DNA of 63,384 bases, the filler included, from Stramenopiles sp. TOSAG23-6 (taxonomy: Eukaryota), in the NCBI GenBank assembly GCA_900128565.1. It is 12 parts of 12 records of this genome, joined end to end, with 100 filler letters (N's around TTAATTAATTAA, not from the genome) between each part and the next. Parts side by side here need not be neighbours in the genome. Positions count along the whole stretch, not along the records: positions 6,727 to 13,347 come from LT636672.1; positions 13,448 to 20,051 come from LT636673.1; positions 20,152 to 26,745 come from LT636674.1; 9 more parts are not named here. One strand, written 5' to 3'. Of the stretch, positions 13,258-23,825 are shown one piece after another. The notes below the pieces were generated by a model. It was given only the letters and a program-made list of their open reading frames with translations, did no database searches and was not told the DNA's origin. Position numbers and translations under genes: made by a program. Positions within the stretch are counted from its first letter, which is position 1; every line of letters starts with the position of its first letter.

Positions 13258-13528
13258 GTATGTTTTATTTTTTTTCAATTTTTTATCTACTTTTTTTTTT
13301 CATACGAAATTTTGTACCTAACAAATTTTAGTTTTTTTTTTTGAAATNNNNNNNNNNNNNNNNNNNNNNNNNNNNNNNNNNNNNNNNNNNNTTAATTAAT
13401 TAANNNNNNNNNNNNNNNNNNNNNNNNNNNNNNNNNNNNNNNNNNNNAAAATATTTGAAAAAAAAAATCGTTAGGTACAAAATTTCGTACGAAAAAAAAT
13501 TCATAGTAAAAAAAAAATTAAAACGTAC

Positions 13529-14000
13529 ATGCTGTACGATCATTACGTACGGTGTCTGTACATGAGAAAGTGCAGTTTTAACGGCAAAGCCAAAGCCTTG
13601 ACGCTCATCAGGAATAAGAACTTGTGTAGAGTGAAAATTCCCTTTACCATTCTCAGCAAGGGATTTGACACGGGAAATAAATTCTTTGTACTTATTCTCC
13701 CCCTCGAGATTTATACGTCCACGCTTGTTAATTCGGTTGTGCACTTTTCCAGAGCCTACGACATATCCATCCAGTACTATAATTTTTTCACAGTTACTTA
13801 GACCTTTGACGAGTGAAAAACTATCAAATACGGTTTCCAACATCCGAGTACTTGGATTTGAAGGAACTGGCGAAGAAGTGATGATAATTGTGAGAAGTGT
13901 TTCTACAAAAACGGCCGCTGGTCCCCCAGGCATTTCTCTTGGCGGTGCCTTAGGAGGAGCTGCAACAAAAAGATCTGGCTGGCCTCTTTTTAACGAAGAC
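13529..14000 (-). CDS. GT-A fold (GT2-like) glycosyltransferase exon, partial
   Basis: TIIITSSPVPSNPST..KIIVLDG..GFGFAVKTALSHVQTPYVMIVQH, followed by family donor GTACGT at 13528; probable upstream canonical intron 14001-14066 (GTATGA...TATAG). Confidence 0.65.
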
Positions 14001-14307
14001 CTATATAATGAAAACAGCTTTAATTATGTCAATGTCCGTAGACGAATAGTCACAAATGTCTCATACAGGCTTGAAATTCGACAACGGAATGCATGCGCCT
14101 ATATAAGTATTTGATCTAGGAGCAACTAAACTGAGGCTAAATAAATTGCGAGCGACGATTTCAGATTTGATTGAGATTTGAGATTTGACTCGATTTTGAC
14201 TACCTTTTTTTTATTTCCTTGTTATTACCGGGTTACGCGCCATTTTGGTCATTTAATTTTTTTTATTTATGTCCCTGGTCCAACATATAATGTCCTATAG
14301 GAACATA

Positions 14308-14430
14308 TTCATATCATGGAATTTTTAATTTTAAATCACAATATTAGTAGTTTTGAAATATTATGTTTTCATCATCTTTATTAGATATAAATAGATAAAT
14401 GAAAACGGGATTTTAGATAATATTTGAATT
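14308..14430. repeat. 123-bp direct repeat, copy 1 (copy 2 at 17900-18022)
   Basis: TTCATATCATGGAATTTTTAATTTTAAATCAC...ATATTTGAATT; 5 mismatches by eye. Confidence 0.9.
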
Positions 14431-14609
14431 GCATGCATTTTGTAAGTGGCTATTAGTACTGCATATTCCTGTAATTTACCTGTCGGAAACGTTTCAGCAG
14501 CAGAGGTAGATTTACATTTTTCACCAAAGGCTAATGATTCCTCGCAAAATGCCCATGCTGCCGATGTAATTGAAGGACACAGGAACACACCGGACGCGAT
14601 AGCTTAGCC

Positions 14610-17462
14610 TCATTTGCGTAAAGCTAATTCGATAACGTCACCTATCGTTCTGGGAATATCGAGGCCTTCGGATTCTAGCGACGTTCTTATCCGATCGGTA
14701 AATTGAATAAACGTTCTTGTACCATTTTGTCCCAATTCAAATTGAAACATTTTAGATAATGGGTTCTGCATATTTGGGTCTATAATTATATCCCAAGCAG
14801 AATGGAGCGCCTGAATTTCTTTAGGAAGAGTATCAATCCATATTTTTGGTCCTTCTGGTCCTTCTGGTCCTGAAATACTCCCCCTTGGTGCTTTGCGCTT
14901 TTCTTTTCTCTGTTTTCTCTGTTCAATCACTAAATACTGTGCACAAGTTAGAATTAAACTATATATATTTTCTCTATATGTGTTTTCAAGTTCAAATTTA
15001 CCATTTACATTCTGATGAAGTACATCATTATCTAAGAAATACACGAGAAAAGCCTCTACAATTTGATTGAAAACTTCACTTCTATTCTTTTGCTCTTGCT
15101 CACGACATTGCATACCCAGCAGAGATTTCAGCTTATCTCTCATCGCGTCATACGCCTCGTCAAATACTTTGCGAACCTGTATTTTATTTACAAAAGCTTT
15201 GATCTCGTGAATTCCAACATTCAACTCATTTAAATGTTTGACATAATCAGTGGTGCCAGCAGCACGGGTAGTACTTAACCCTAAGCTACTACCCGTGGTG
15301 GCAGTGGCTGCAGGGTTTACAGAAAAGCAAAAGAAATAGTCTACAATCTTATTCCGTATCCTCCGAATAACAGATCCTTGAAGATATGGTTGTAGATTAT
15401 CTAGCAATATTTTGATGCGGTCTTTGTGAGCCATTTCAGCGAGTTCGTTGACTGTTTCATTGTACAATTTAGCATTTGCCATTAATTTGTCAAAATCCTC
15501 TTCGTCATTAGTGCTAGCAGCTATCTTGGCCTGGGGCTTTTTATTTTTTTTATTTCCTTTTTTATTTCCCTTTTTTTTTGTTTTCGGCGTAAAATTTGCA
15601 GGTTTTAAAGGACCTTGATTATCTCCACCTGGAATTGACACATATACCTGTCGTGTATCATCTCCCTTTGGAGTTGTTGATTGTGCTGAAGGTGACGCAT
15701 CTAATTTTTCTCCTGCACTATCATCAGGTTCACTTTCTGGTTCACTCATCGCATCGCGGGCACCGGTGACGGAGGTCGTGGTGGTGTCGGCTGGTTCAGC
15801 ACCAGCACCACCAACAACTCCATCATGACCTCCTCCTCCAGCAGCAGCAGCAGCATCAGCATCTCTACCAGGAGGGCGGCGACCAGTAGCGGCTGCTTCT
15901 GCTGCTGCACTTTCGGAGCCGGTAACAGGCATCTGTGGTAGAGAAAACGCCATTTCTAAATCATCAAGTTTACCATGTATAATACTATTGTATAAATCTT
16001 CAAATGCCATTTTCAAATCTGGAGCTAAAAACACATTCTTACACACATTGCTATATGTATTTTGAGGGTTTTGAAGGAATATGTGTTCATTAGGAAATCT
16101 CACCATACCTTTACCGCAATATGCTTTAAATATTTTCTTTGTACCATCTTCCTCAGTAATGGTTGGGTCAAACATCATTCCAATAGAATCATCTTTAATA
16201 AATGGACTGTTTTGACCAAACATCTTCAAAAAATGGACCAATATTTCAGTGACACTTTTGCCTTCCAAAACGGCATTATACTGGCCAAGGAAAAATCGTG
16301 TCATTTGAACAATCATATATGATGTCAATGCACCAGGACCATTTAGATTTCGGCTTGTAAGATACAGTTTCAAGAGTTGGTTCAGTTTGCGTATATTCCA
16401 CCGTTTAAATACCCTCAATGTATTTCGAGTATCCTGTGTACTCCACGTTTCATTCACAGAGGGTTTTTTAAGTAATATTTCAATTTTATCACCATTCAAA
16501 GTGAATGAAACCATTGGGAAGTTTGAACCCGGTATAAACTTGACATTAGCTATTCCTTCACCCTTTTTTTGTAGAAATTGTTCTCTCAATTTCTTCAAAT
16601 ATTCCGTTCCCTCGCTTTTATCGTCAAAGACGGGATTTGTGATAAGCACATCAACATCCGATAAGTATCGTATGAATAAACCATACTCGGAGGATCCAGA
16701 AAAAACGACTCGAACATCGGGTTGTATTGTCTTCAGCAATTTCTGAACCTTGACTTTTATTTCATCCCCCCACTTACCTGCTGGCTGAGCTTCTAGCTCT
16801 TTCAATTTACGCTCTATCAAATCTTTTGATTCTTCTGGAATCTGAGTTTCTGGAGGGTGTTGTAATACAGGACAATCCACGGGTACAACTGTATTATGGT
16901 TGGGTTCAGGTTGGACTTGAGAATGATCTGACACACGTAGATTCGGATTTCGTGGTGAATGGCCCCATAGAACTGCTTGTGATGGATGTGGTAGATTGAA
17001 GCGTGTGTGTGCTAAATTGTACGGCAACTGAGTTACTTGTTGTGAATATGGTGGAGAGAAGGCTGAGGGTCTTGCACTATATGGCACTGAAAATCCAGTA
17101 AAAGAAGACCCACCGAATACCTCCTGATTATACGTCGTCTCTAAACCTGATCTCTCCTCTTTTATCTTCTGACACAAATAATTGAAATTTTTACGGTCTT
17201 CTTCATTTGATGACGATGCGTATGCTTTTTGAAGTGTTCTTAATACGGAATCCAAAGAAATCTGATGACTCAATGATAATCCAGCACGTAGATGNGGATA
17301 TGGTGTTGAACGGCCCAACGAACGTAAATGTGATAGTTCGCAGGCTGACTCAACTGCTGGTTGTTGATGGACGGTTGAATGTCCCACACTATAATGACTA
17401 TGACTGCTCAATACTATATGCACGCATTGATATAAACATGCGATCAATAAAATGTTTCCCAT
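14610..17462 (-). CDS. TRF4/Cid1-like (pol-beta family) nucleotidyltransferase with predicted signal peptide
   Basis: VVFSGSSEYGLFIRYLSDVDVLI (GS..DxD); PAP-associated-like IFLQNPQNTYSNVCKN; hydrophobic N-terminus; intronless 950 aa. Confidence 0.75.
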   Translation of the reverse strand: MGNILLIACLYQCVHIVLSSHSHYSVGHSTVHQQPAVESACELSHLRSLGRSTPYXHLRAGLSLSHQISLDSVLRTLQKAYASSSNEEDRKNFNYLCQKIKEERSGLETTYNQEVFGGSSFTGFSVPYSARPSAFSPPYSQQVTQLPYNLAHTRFNLPHPSQAVLWGHSPRNPNLRVSDHSQVQPEPNHNTVVPVDCPVLQHPPETQIPEESKDLIERKLKELEAQPAGKWGDEIKVKVQKLLKTIQPDVRVVFSGSSEYGLFIRYLSDVDVLITNPVFDDKSEGTEYLKKLREQFLQKKGEGIANVKFIPGSNFPMVSFTLNGDKIEILLKKPSVNETWSTQDTRNTLRVFKRWNIRKLNQLLKLYLTSRNLNGPGALTSYMIVQMTRFFLGQYNAVLEGKSVTEILVHFLKMFGQNSPFIKDDSIGMMFDPTITEEDGTKKIFKAYCGKGMVRFPNEHIFLQNPQNTYSNVCKNVFLAPDLKMAFEDLYNSIIHGKLDDLEMAFSLPQMPVTGSESAAAEAAATGRRPPGRDADAAAAAGGGGHDGVVGGAGAEPADTTTTSVTGARDAMSEPESEPDDSAGEKLDASPSAQSTTPKGDDTRQVYVSIPGGDNQGPLKPANFTPKTKKKGNKKGNKKNKKPQAKIAASTNDEEDFDKLMANAKLYNETVNELAEMAHKDRIKILLDNLQPYLQGSVIRRIRNKIVDYFFCFSVNPAATATTGSSLGLSTTRAAGTTDYVKHLNELNVGIHEIKAFVNKIQVRKVFDEAYDAMRDKLKSLLGMQCREQEQKNRSEVFNQIVEAFLVYFLDNDVLHQNVNGKFELENTYRENIYSLILTCAQYLVIEQRKQRKEKRKAPRGSISGPEGPEGPKIWIDTLPKEIQALHSAWDIIIDPNMQNPLSKMFQFELGQNGTRTFIQFTDRIRTSLESEGLDIPRTIGDVIELALRK

Positions 17463-17899
17463 TTTTAGGTTGTAACTGGCTGGGTATACTTGGTAAAATT
17501 ATAGAAGGATACGTAGTGCAAGGCAAGCGCAAGCGTACCCTAAGCAAAGCCTTCAAAAATGCGTTAAAAATAGCTGTTCATTTCGGTTAAAAATTACCAG
17601 GTAACAACAAGTAGCATCTGAGACAATTTCCTATGTGCATTTCCAATTTTCGTATGACAATGTATTGATAATGCAAAAAGTATTGGTAGTTATGTATATT
17701 CGTTTTAATAACATGTTGGGCGTAACAATTGTACGGTAGTTCATGATTTGAAGCACAACACATAACTACCAATACTTTACAAATTACAGCGTTTTCATTT
17801 TTTTTCCAAGATGCTAGTCTTTTGGAAAAATTTAAATTTTACAGCTGTGTTTGATGCAGGACACACGAAATCGGGTGACACACACCGGTACTGGGTATG

Positions 17900-18022
17900 T
17901 TCATATCATGGAATTTTTAATTTTAAATCACAATATTAGTAGTTTTGAAATATTATGTTTTCATCATCTTTATAAGTTATAAATAGATAAATTAAAACGG
18001 AATTTTGGATAATATTTGAATT
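17900..18022. repeat. 123-bp direct repeat, copy 2
   Basis: Matches 14308-14430. Confidence 0.9.
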
Positions 18023-18041
18023 TAAATTTGGTTTGTCTCAT

Positions 18042-19996
18042 TCACCTGAGCCCGAATCGTTTACTATTGTACATTTGTTGTTGGGCACCCCAAGCTGTTT
18101 TCCTACCTTTTGGTTTCTCTCTTTTACTGTAGAAACTTTTAGAGACTCTTGAGGATACTTCACTAGAGCTATTACGATGTTTGTTGCGGCGCTGTTGTCT
18201 CCGTGCAGCTGCTGATGCAAGTTTAGCTCTACGATCTGCAATAGCACTCGCTCTCCTTGCTGCAGCTTGCTTCGCTCGAGAAATATGGCTTATTGCCTCT
18301 TTCCTCACTGGTTTTTTATCACTACCTCTACTATTATGTCTCCTGGAACGAATAATTCCGATGTGGTTATGGTTACTTTTTTTTTGTCTTGTATTATAAT
18401 TATTGGCAACTTTTCTCCTGTTAAATGTTCTACTATTATTCGTATCTCTCACACTTGTACGAGTGTTCTTAGAAGATGTACGAGACTTTACCCGATTAGC
18501 CCTGATGCCACCGTCGGTTCGCTTTCTAGTTTTTATCTTCTCAATCTTTTCTACACGTTCTTCCAATTTTTCAATGACTTCATTATACAAAGTTTCCATT
18601 TCATTTATTTTGTCTCGTCCAACATAATCTTTTAAAACTCTATTTTTTATTTCAAGAATATCATTTTGTCTCATTTCTTCGGCTTCTTCCATTTTTTCCG
18701 CGATTCCGTTGCACTTGTTCAACTCCGTCTGGAGTTTCTTTATTTCTTCAAGTAAAGCACCCACTCGAGCATCTTTATCCTTTTCTTGTTCTAGTAATTG
18801 AAGTCTTGTTCTGGAAAATTCCTGTAAAGTTTCCAAGTGTTCTTGCTTCTCCTGTTTCAGTTCAAAGTCCAAGTGATTGTACTCAGCAATAGCATCCTCT
18901 GCGCGGGCATTAGCCTTGGCTTCATTCTCTTCTGCTTGGCGCCGAATTTGGTTTACTACAATATTGTGATTTTCTAATATAGATGATTTTTCATCACTCC
19001 AAATTTTCTTTACTTCACGCATTGTTTGATTTGACTTTCCAATTCCAGTCAATGAAAAAACTCCTCGACTATTATTTTTACCTTTTTCAAAGTTTGAAAC
19101 AATATCTTCCAATTTTTGGACCCGTTCTTCCGCCAGTTGAGTACGGTTTTGTTGATCAATTAATTTGGATTCAAGTGTTTCACTGCGCTCTTTCATTTCT
19201 GAAATAAATTGCTGGGCTTTGCTAAATTTAATCTCTATTTTCCGTGATACCGTTTCAGCTATATCGACTTTCTTCTGTAAACCTTCATATAAACTCTGGT
19301 AATCAACAGTGACATGCAGTTTTGGCAAAGATGCAATTTGTTTTGCTTTCTGACCAAATTCAAGCGTGCGCAATGTTTCACTAGCGTCATTAACATCAGG
19401 GCTAACCGTTATTACAAAGGCAGTATTGTTATTGCCTTGCAAAGTATCTTGTAATAATCGAGTTAACTTTGAATCTCTGAAAGGAATTTGCTCTCGATGC
19501 GTACTCGTAGTGTGCAAAATACAATTTTGTAGAGCTGAAATTGACAAATTTACAGACTTGAGCGGAGTAAAGTTAAAGTGTCCTCCTCTTTGTTTTGTCC
19601 CTTTTGGATTCTGTTCTGATCCAGCAAGATCCATAAAAGTAATTTTACTTGTATAAATTTTAGGCTTGATATTTTTTCTAGGATAAGAAGAGTTGCCTAT
19701 CTTTCTCTTTTTGATAGTGATAGTTAATATAGTGTGAAAAAATATTTCGAAAAAAAATCGTTAGGTACAAATTTTCGTACGAAACAAAATAAATTAAAAT
19801 TTTGAAATTGCAAACGTACATATAGTGTGACACCTTGCTTTTTCAAACTCCATTTCTGCACACATTATTTCATTATTTCGTTGCCCTTTGAGTAAACATT
19901 GAAAACATTCCGCTGTTGTTGATACAGGAAATTCTGAGACGCCTTCAACAAAAACTCCATTGGTCTTATTCTCTCGAATGCAAAGTGTCGAATCGC
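18042..19996 (-). CDS. Kinesin motor protein, 5' partial (exons 19996-19820, 19726-18042)
   Basis: LCIRE..GVFVEGV, DLAGSE, IPFRDSKLTRLLQDTLQGN, ETLRTLEFG, then coiled coil and basic tail. Confidence 0.92.
19727..19819 (-). other. GT-AT intron (93 nt)
   Basis: No AG inside; two in-frame stops; join gives RCHTILTITI (kinesin RSHxIxTI motif). Confidence 0.9.
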
Positions 19997-20238
19997 ATGT
20001 ATTTTGGAAAAATATTTCAAAAAAAAAAAACTAAAATTTGTTAGGTACAAANNNNNNNNNNNNNNNNNNNNNNNNNNNNNNNNNNNNNNNNNNNNTTAAT
20101 TAATTAANNNNNNNNNNNNNNNNNNNNNNNNNNNNNNNNNNNNNNNNNNNNAAAAAAAAATTTTGAAAATTTGTTAGGTACAAAATTTCGTACGAAAAAA
20201 AAAATTTAGGAAAAAAATTTAAAAAAAATAAAACATAC

Positions 20239-20758
20239 ATGATGCGCGATATACTGAATGAAAATAAAAATTCTCAGTTATAGCTTTTGCTGCCATGCAT
20301 AAACCCAAAATAACTGCATAAAAATATCCTTTATGTTGTTCCGTCCATGAGTCTGATGTAGATATTCTGCCATTTTGCCAATTTGAAATAAATTCTAGGA
20401 TTAGTTTTAGTAATATTGGAAATGCAAATTGAAGGGACGTATTCAGGAATTTGACAACACCAGCAAAGTAAAATCGAGTACCTAAAACGGCCAAAATTGC
20501 AGAACGAAGTACTTTCTCACGTTCCTTCTTTGTTAATGAGTTTGGATCTCTTCCGTGTAATCCAAGAAGCCACGCATCATGAAACATTTTTTGAAGAGGT
20601 GCTCCACAATCCAATTCATTCAACTGTAGAAGGTCTTCCGCTTCAAGAGCTGTCCCATCATTGTGTCGAGCCGATGCTCTTGAAAATAATGGTTGAACCC
20701 ATTGGAAGAATAACTGTGATACACACCCAGCATTGTCCTCTTCACAATTAGAAACCAT
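20239..20758 (-). CDS. ABCC/MRP transporter N-terminal exon (mirror copy)
   Basis: EEDNAGCVSQLFFQWVQPLF...LEAEDL lasso-like motif and first TMD1 helices; ends at GTATGT donor. Confidence 0.8.
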
Positions 20759-20995
20759 TTCTGTTAATTATATATATAGCACAATAAAAGTTTGTGTTTC
20801 GATAATTTCACGAAGTTTTTTGTACACTGTGTTTTTCATTTTTGGTTTCTTGACTCGTTTTGAAAAACACGAGTTTCATTTTTTTTTTTTTAAATTTAAT
20901 TTAACGTATGTACGTTTTTGTCATTTGATTTGTGGTGGTACCCAGAATCTATACCATTCAATTCTTGCATAAAATAAAAATCAAATATAATCAAA

Positions 20996-23071
20996 ATGTC
21001 ACGCGATATACCGGATCACTTGTGCTGTAATATTACAATGGATTTGTATGAAGATCCAGTGTTTACCGCTGATGGTCATACGTATGAACGAGCTGCAATT
21101 GAGGAGCACTTTCGTACAAATAATACATCGCCAAACACAAAATTAGCATTGCCTAATAAAAATCTCACACCGAATATTCTTTTGAGAAAACAATGTATCA
21201 AATGGAAGGAAAAGAAAACTAGAACACGGAAAAACATTGATGCATTATACCAGAAATGTTTCCAAGGAAATAATAGTGGTGATATTATTATTGAAACATT
21301 ATGGCAAATGATCGAGTTGGTGACAAAGTCTGATTTGTGCATTCTTCGACTGTCTCAACTCGATAAGGTCAAACATTTTTTTACCCAAACAGAAAAATTA
21401 ACAAATGACGTTGAATCTGCTTTTAATACTTTGTATACCAATTGTAAAGAAAAGCACAATAAAGTAATTCAAAAAGTTACGAAAGTGCAACAAATGAGAA
21501 AAGTCAATGAAGAATCCGTTGTTGTTTTAGAAGAGAAGATTAAAGGGAAATTATTGAATCATGTGATGAAAGCAAATGCTGCACTTGAAGAAGCTAAACA
21601 GAAATTATCAGCTGCAAAGAAACAATTTGAAGCAGCAGAAACAAATATTAAAAAGACAGGGAAAGCTATTAGAGATGAGACTGATTGTTTGAATGGTTTA
21701 AAAGAGTTGACAAAGTCATTTCAAGAAGAGGAGACAATACTATCTGCTGCAGTGGAATCATTTGATGATAATGTTTATAAGAATGTACCACCTGCAGTAT
21801 CAGATAGTAGTAGTAGTGGAAAAAAACGAAAATCGAGTTCAGCATCATCTACTACTGAAGTGAAACGTCAAAAGATAGAAAACAAACGCCAAGATTTATA
21901 TGAACTTGGTTATGCAAAACGCAGTGGCATAGACTTTGAGAAAATTGATAAAGTGAAAGGACGACGAATGATTGAATCCGCCGCTATTGCTGGTTTTCCA
22001 ATGGCTATTGCAGATCTCGCATGTTGTAAAAAGGATTATGAAAAAGCATTTAAAATGTTTATGGATATTAGTGATTATAGTTATGCACAATTTTATATTG
22101 GTCATTGCTATGATTACGGTCATGGTGTTGCTGAAGACAAAGAAGAAGCTTTTAATTGGTTTACTAAATCGGCTAAAGCAGGTCATAGTACAGCACAGTT
22201 AAGACTTGGTCAATGCTATTATTATGGTCATGGTGTTGATAAAAACAAAGAAGAAGCTTTTAATTGGTTTACTAAATCGGCTATAGCAGGCAATAGTGGT
22301 GGACAGTTAAAACTTGGTGATTGTTATTATTATGGTCATGGTGTTGCTCAAGACTCAAACGAAGCTTTCAAGTGGTTAACTAAATCTGCTGCTGCTGGTA
22401 ATAGTGGTGGACAGTTAAGACTTGGTCATTGCTATTTTCATGGTCATGGTGTTGCTCAAGACAAAGAANAAGCTTTTAATTGGTTTAATAAATCGGCTAA
22501 AGCAGGNAATAGTAGTGGACAGTTATGGCTTGGTAATTGCTATTTTTATGGTGATGGTGTTGCTCAAGACAAAAAAGAAGCTTTCAAGTGGTATTCTAAA
22601 TCGGCTAATTCAGGTAATAATGTGGCACAAAATAATCTTGGTGATTACTATTATAATGGTCGTGGTGTCGCTGAAGATTATAAAGAAGCTTTCAAGTGGT
22701 TTACTAAATCAGCTAATGCTGGCAATAGTCGTGGACAAAATAGTCTTGGTGATTGCTATTGTTATGGTCATGGTGTTGCAGTAGACAAAAAAGAAGCTTT
22801 TAATTGGTTTATTAAATCGGCTAAAGCAGGCAATAATGATGGACAGTTAAGTGTTGGTCAATGCTATTGTTTTGGTCATGGTGTTGCTAAAGACAAAAAA
22901 GAAGCTTTTAATTGGTTTACTAAATCGGCTATAGCAGGCAATAGTGAAGGACAGTTTCATCTTGGAATGTGTTATTTTCATGGTGATGGTGTTGCTGTAG
23001 ACAAAAAAGAAGCTTTTAAGTGGTTTACTAAATCTGGTCATCCGATGGCACACAAATTTTATTTAAATTAA
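20996..23071 (+). CDS. U-box + coiled-coil + Sel1-repeat protein
   Basis: IPDHLCCNITMDLYEDPVFTADGHTYERAAI; about nine 36-aa repeats LGxCYxxGxGVxxDKxEAFxWFxKSAxxG. Confidence 0.92.
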   Translation: MSRDIPDHLCCNITMDLYEDPVFTADGHTYERAAIEEHFRTNNTSPNTKLALPNKNLTPNILLRKQCIKWKEKKTRTRKNIDALYQKCFQGNNSGDIIIETLWQMIELVTKSDLCILRLSQLDKVKHFFTQTEKLTNDVESAFNTLYTNCKEKHNKVIQKVTKVQQMRKVNEESVVVLEEKIKGKLLNHVMKANAALEEAKQKLSAAKKQFEAAETNIKKTGKAIRDETDCLNGLKELTKSFQEEETILSAAVESFDDNVYKNVPPAVSDSSSSGKKRKSSSASSTTEVKRQKIENKRQDLYELGYAKRSGIDFEKIDKVKGRRMIESAAIAGFPMAIADLACCKKDYEKAFKMFMDISDYSYAQFYIGHCYDYGHGVAEDKEEAFNWFTKSAKAGHSTAQLRLGQCYYYGHGVDKNKEEAFNWFTKSAIAGNSGGQLKLGDCYYYGHGVAQDSNEAFKWLTKSAAAGNSGGQLRLGHCYFHGHGVAQDKEXAFNWFNKSAKAXNSSGQLWLGNCYFYGDGVAQDKKEAFKWYSKSANSGNNVAQNNLGDYYYNGRGVAEDYKEAFKWFTKSANAGNSRGQNSLGDCYCYGHGVAVDKKEAFNWFIKSAKAGNNDGQLSVGQCYCFGHGVAKDKKEAFNWFTKSAIAGNSEGQFHLGMCYFHGDGVAVDKKEAFKWFTKSGHPMAHKFYLN

Positions 23072-23135
23072 CAATGATGAAATTTTTATTTTTTTCCATT
23101 CCATAGTATTATGATCATCAAAAAAACTTAAAAAA

Positions 23136-23324
23136 TCATTTTAAATATGGACTATTTTTTGGTTCTTCAAAAGTGCTTTCATCAGTATTTGGATTATACC
23201 AATATGTTTTATGTGTATTTGGACAACTTCCCATTAACCATCCTTCATATGGACTCTCATATAATGTTGATTCAATGACGTCATTAGGGTTAGGGTTTGG
23301 ATGATCTTTGTAATTTTTATACAT
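23136..23324 (-). CDS. Terminal exon with WW-like domain
   Basis: GWLMGSCPNTHKTYWYNPNTDESTFEEP; preceded by a family intron 3' end (TACCTAAC...ATATTTGTCCAACAAT). Confidence 0.6.
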   Translation of the reverse strand: MYKNYKDHPNPNPNDVIESTLYESPYEGWLMGSCPNTHKTYWYNPNTDESTFEEPKNSPYLK

Positions 23325-23385
23325 TGTTGGACAAATATTTTTTTTTCTAATTTTTTTTTTGTTAGGTATACAATTTTGTACTAAG

Positions 23386-23420
<35 letters not shown>

Positions 23421-23476
23421 GAAAAAAAAAATATTTAAAATTTTTTTTAAAAAAAATTTTAAATATTTTTTTTTTC

Positions 23477-23511
<35 letters not shown>

Positions 23512-23572
23512 CTTAGTACAAAATTGTATACCTAACAAAAAAAAAATTAGAAAAAAAAATATTTGTCCAACA

Positions 23573-23761
23573 ATGTATAAAAATTACAAAGATCATCCAA
23601 ACCCTAACCCTAATGACGTCATTGAATCAACATTATATGAGAGTCCATATGAAGGATGGTTAATGGGAAGTTGTCCAAATACACATAAAACATATTGGTA
23701 TAATCCAAATACTGATGAAAGCACTTTTGAAGAACCAAAAAATAGTCCATATTTAAAATGA
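23573..23761 (+). CDS. Terminal exon with WW-like domain (mirror copy)
   Basis: Mirror of 23136-23324. Confidence 0.55.
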   Translation: MYKNYKDHPNPNPNDVIESTLYESPYEGWLMGSCPNTHKTYWYNPNTDESTFEEPKNSPYLK

Positions 23762-23825
23762 TTTTTTAAGTTTTTTTGATGATCATAATACTATGGAATG
23801 GAAAAAAATAAAAATTTCATCATTG

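Noticed and set aside
22081-23040. CRISPR-like periodic repeat
   Set aside because: The 108-nt period encodes Sel1 repeats in an open frame.
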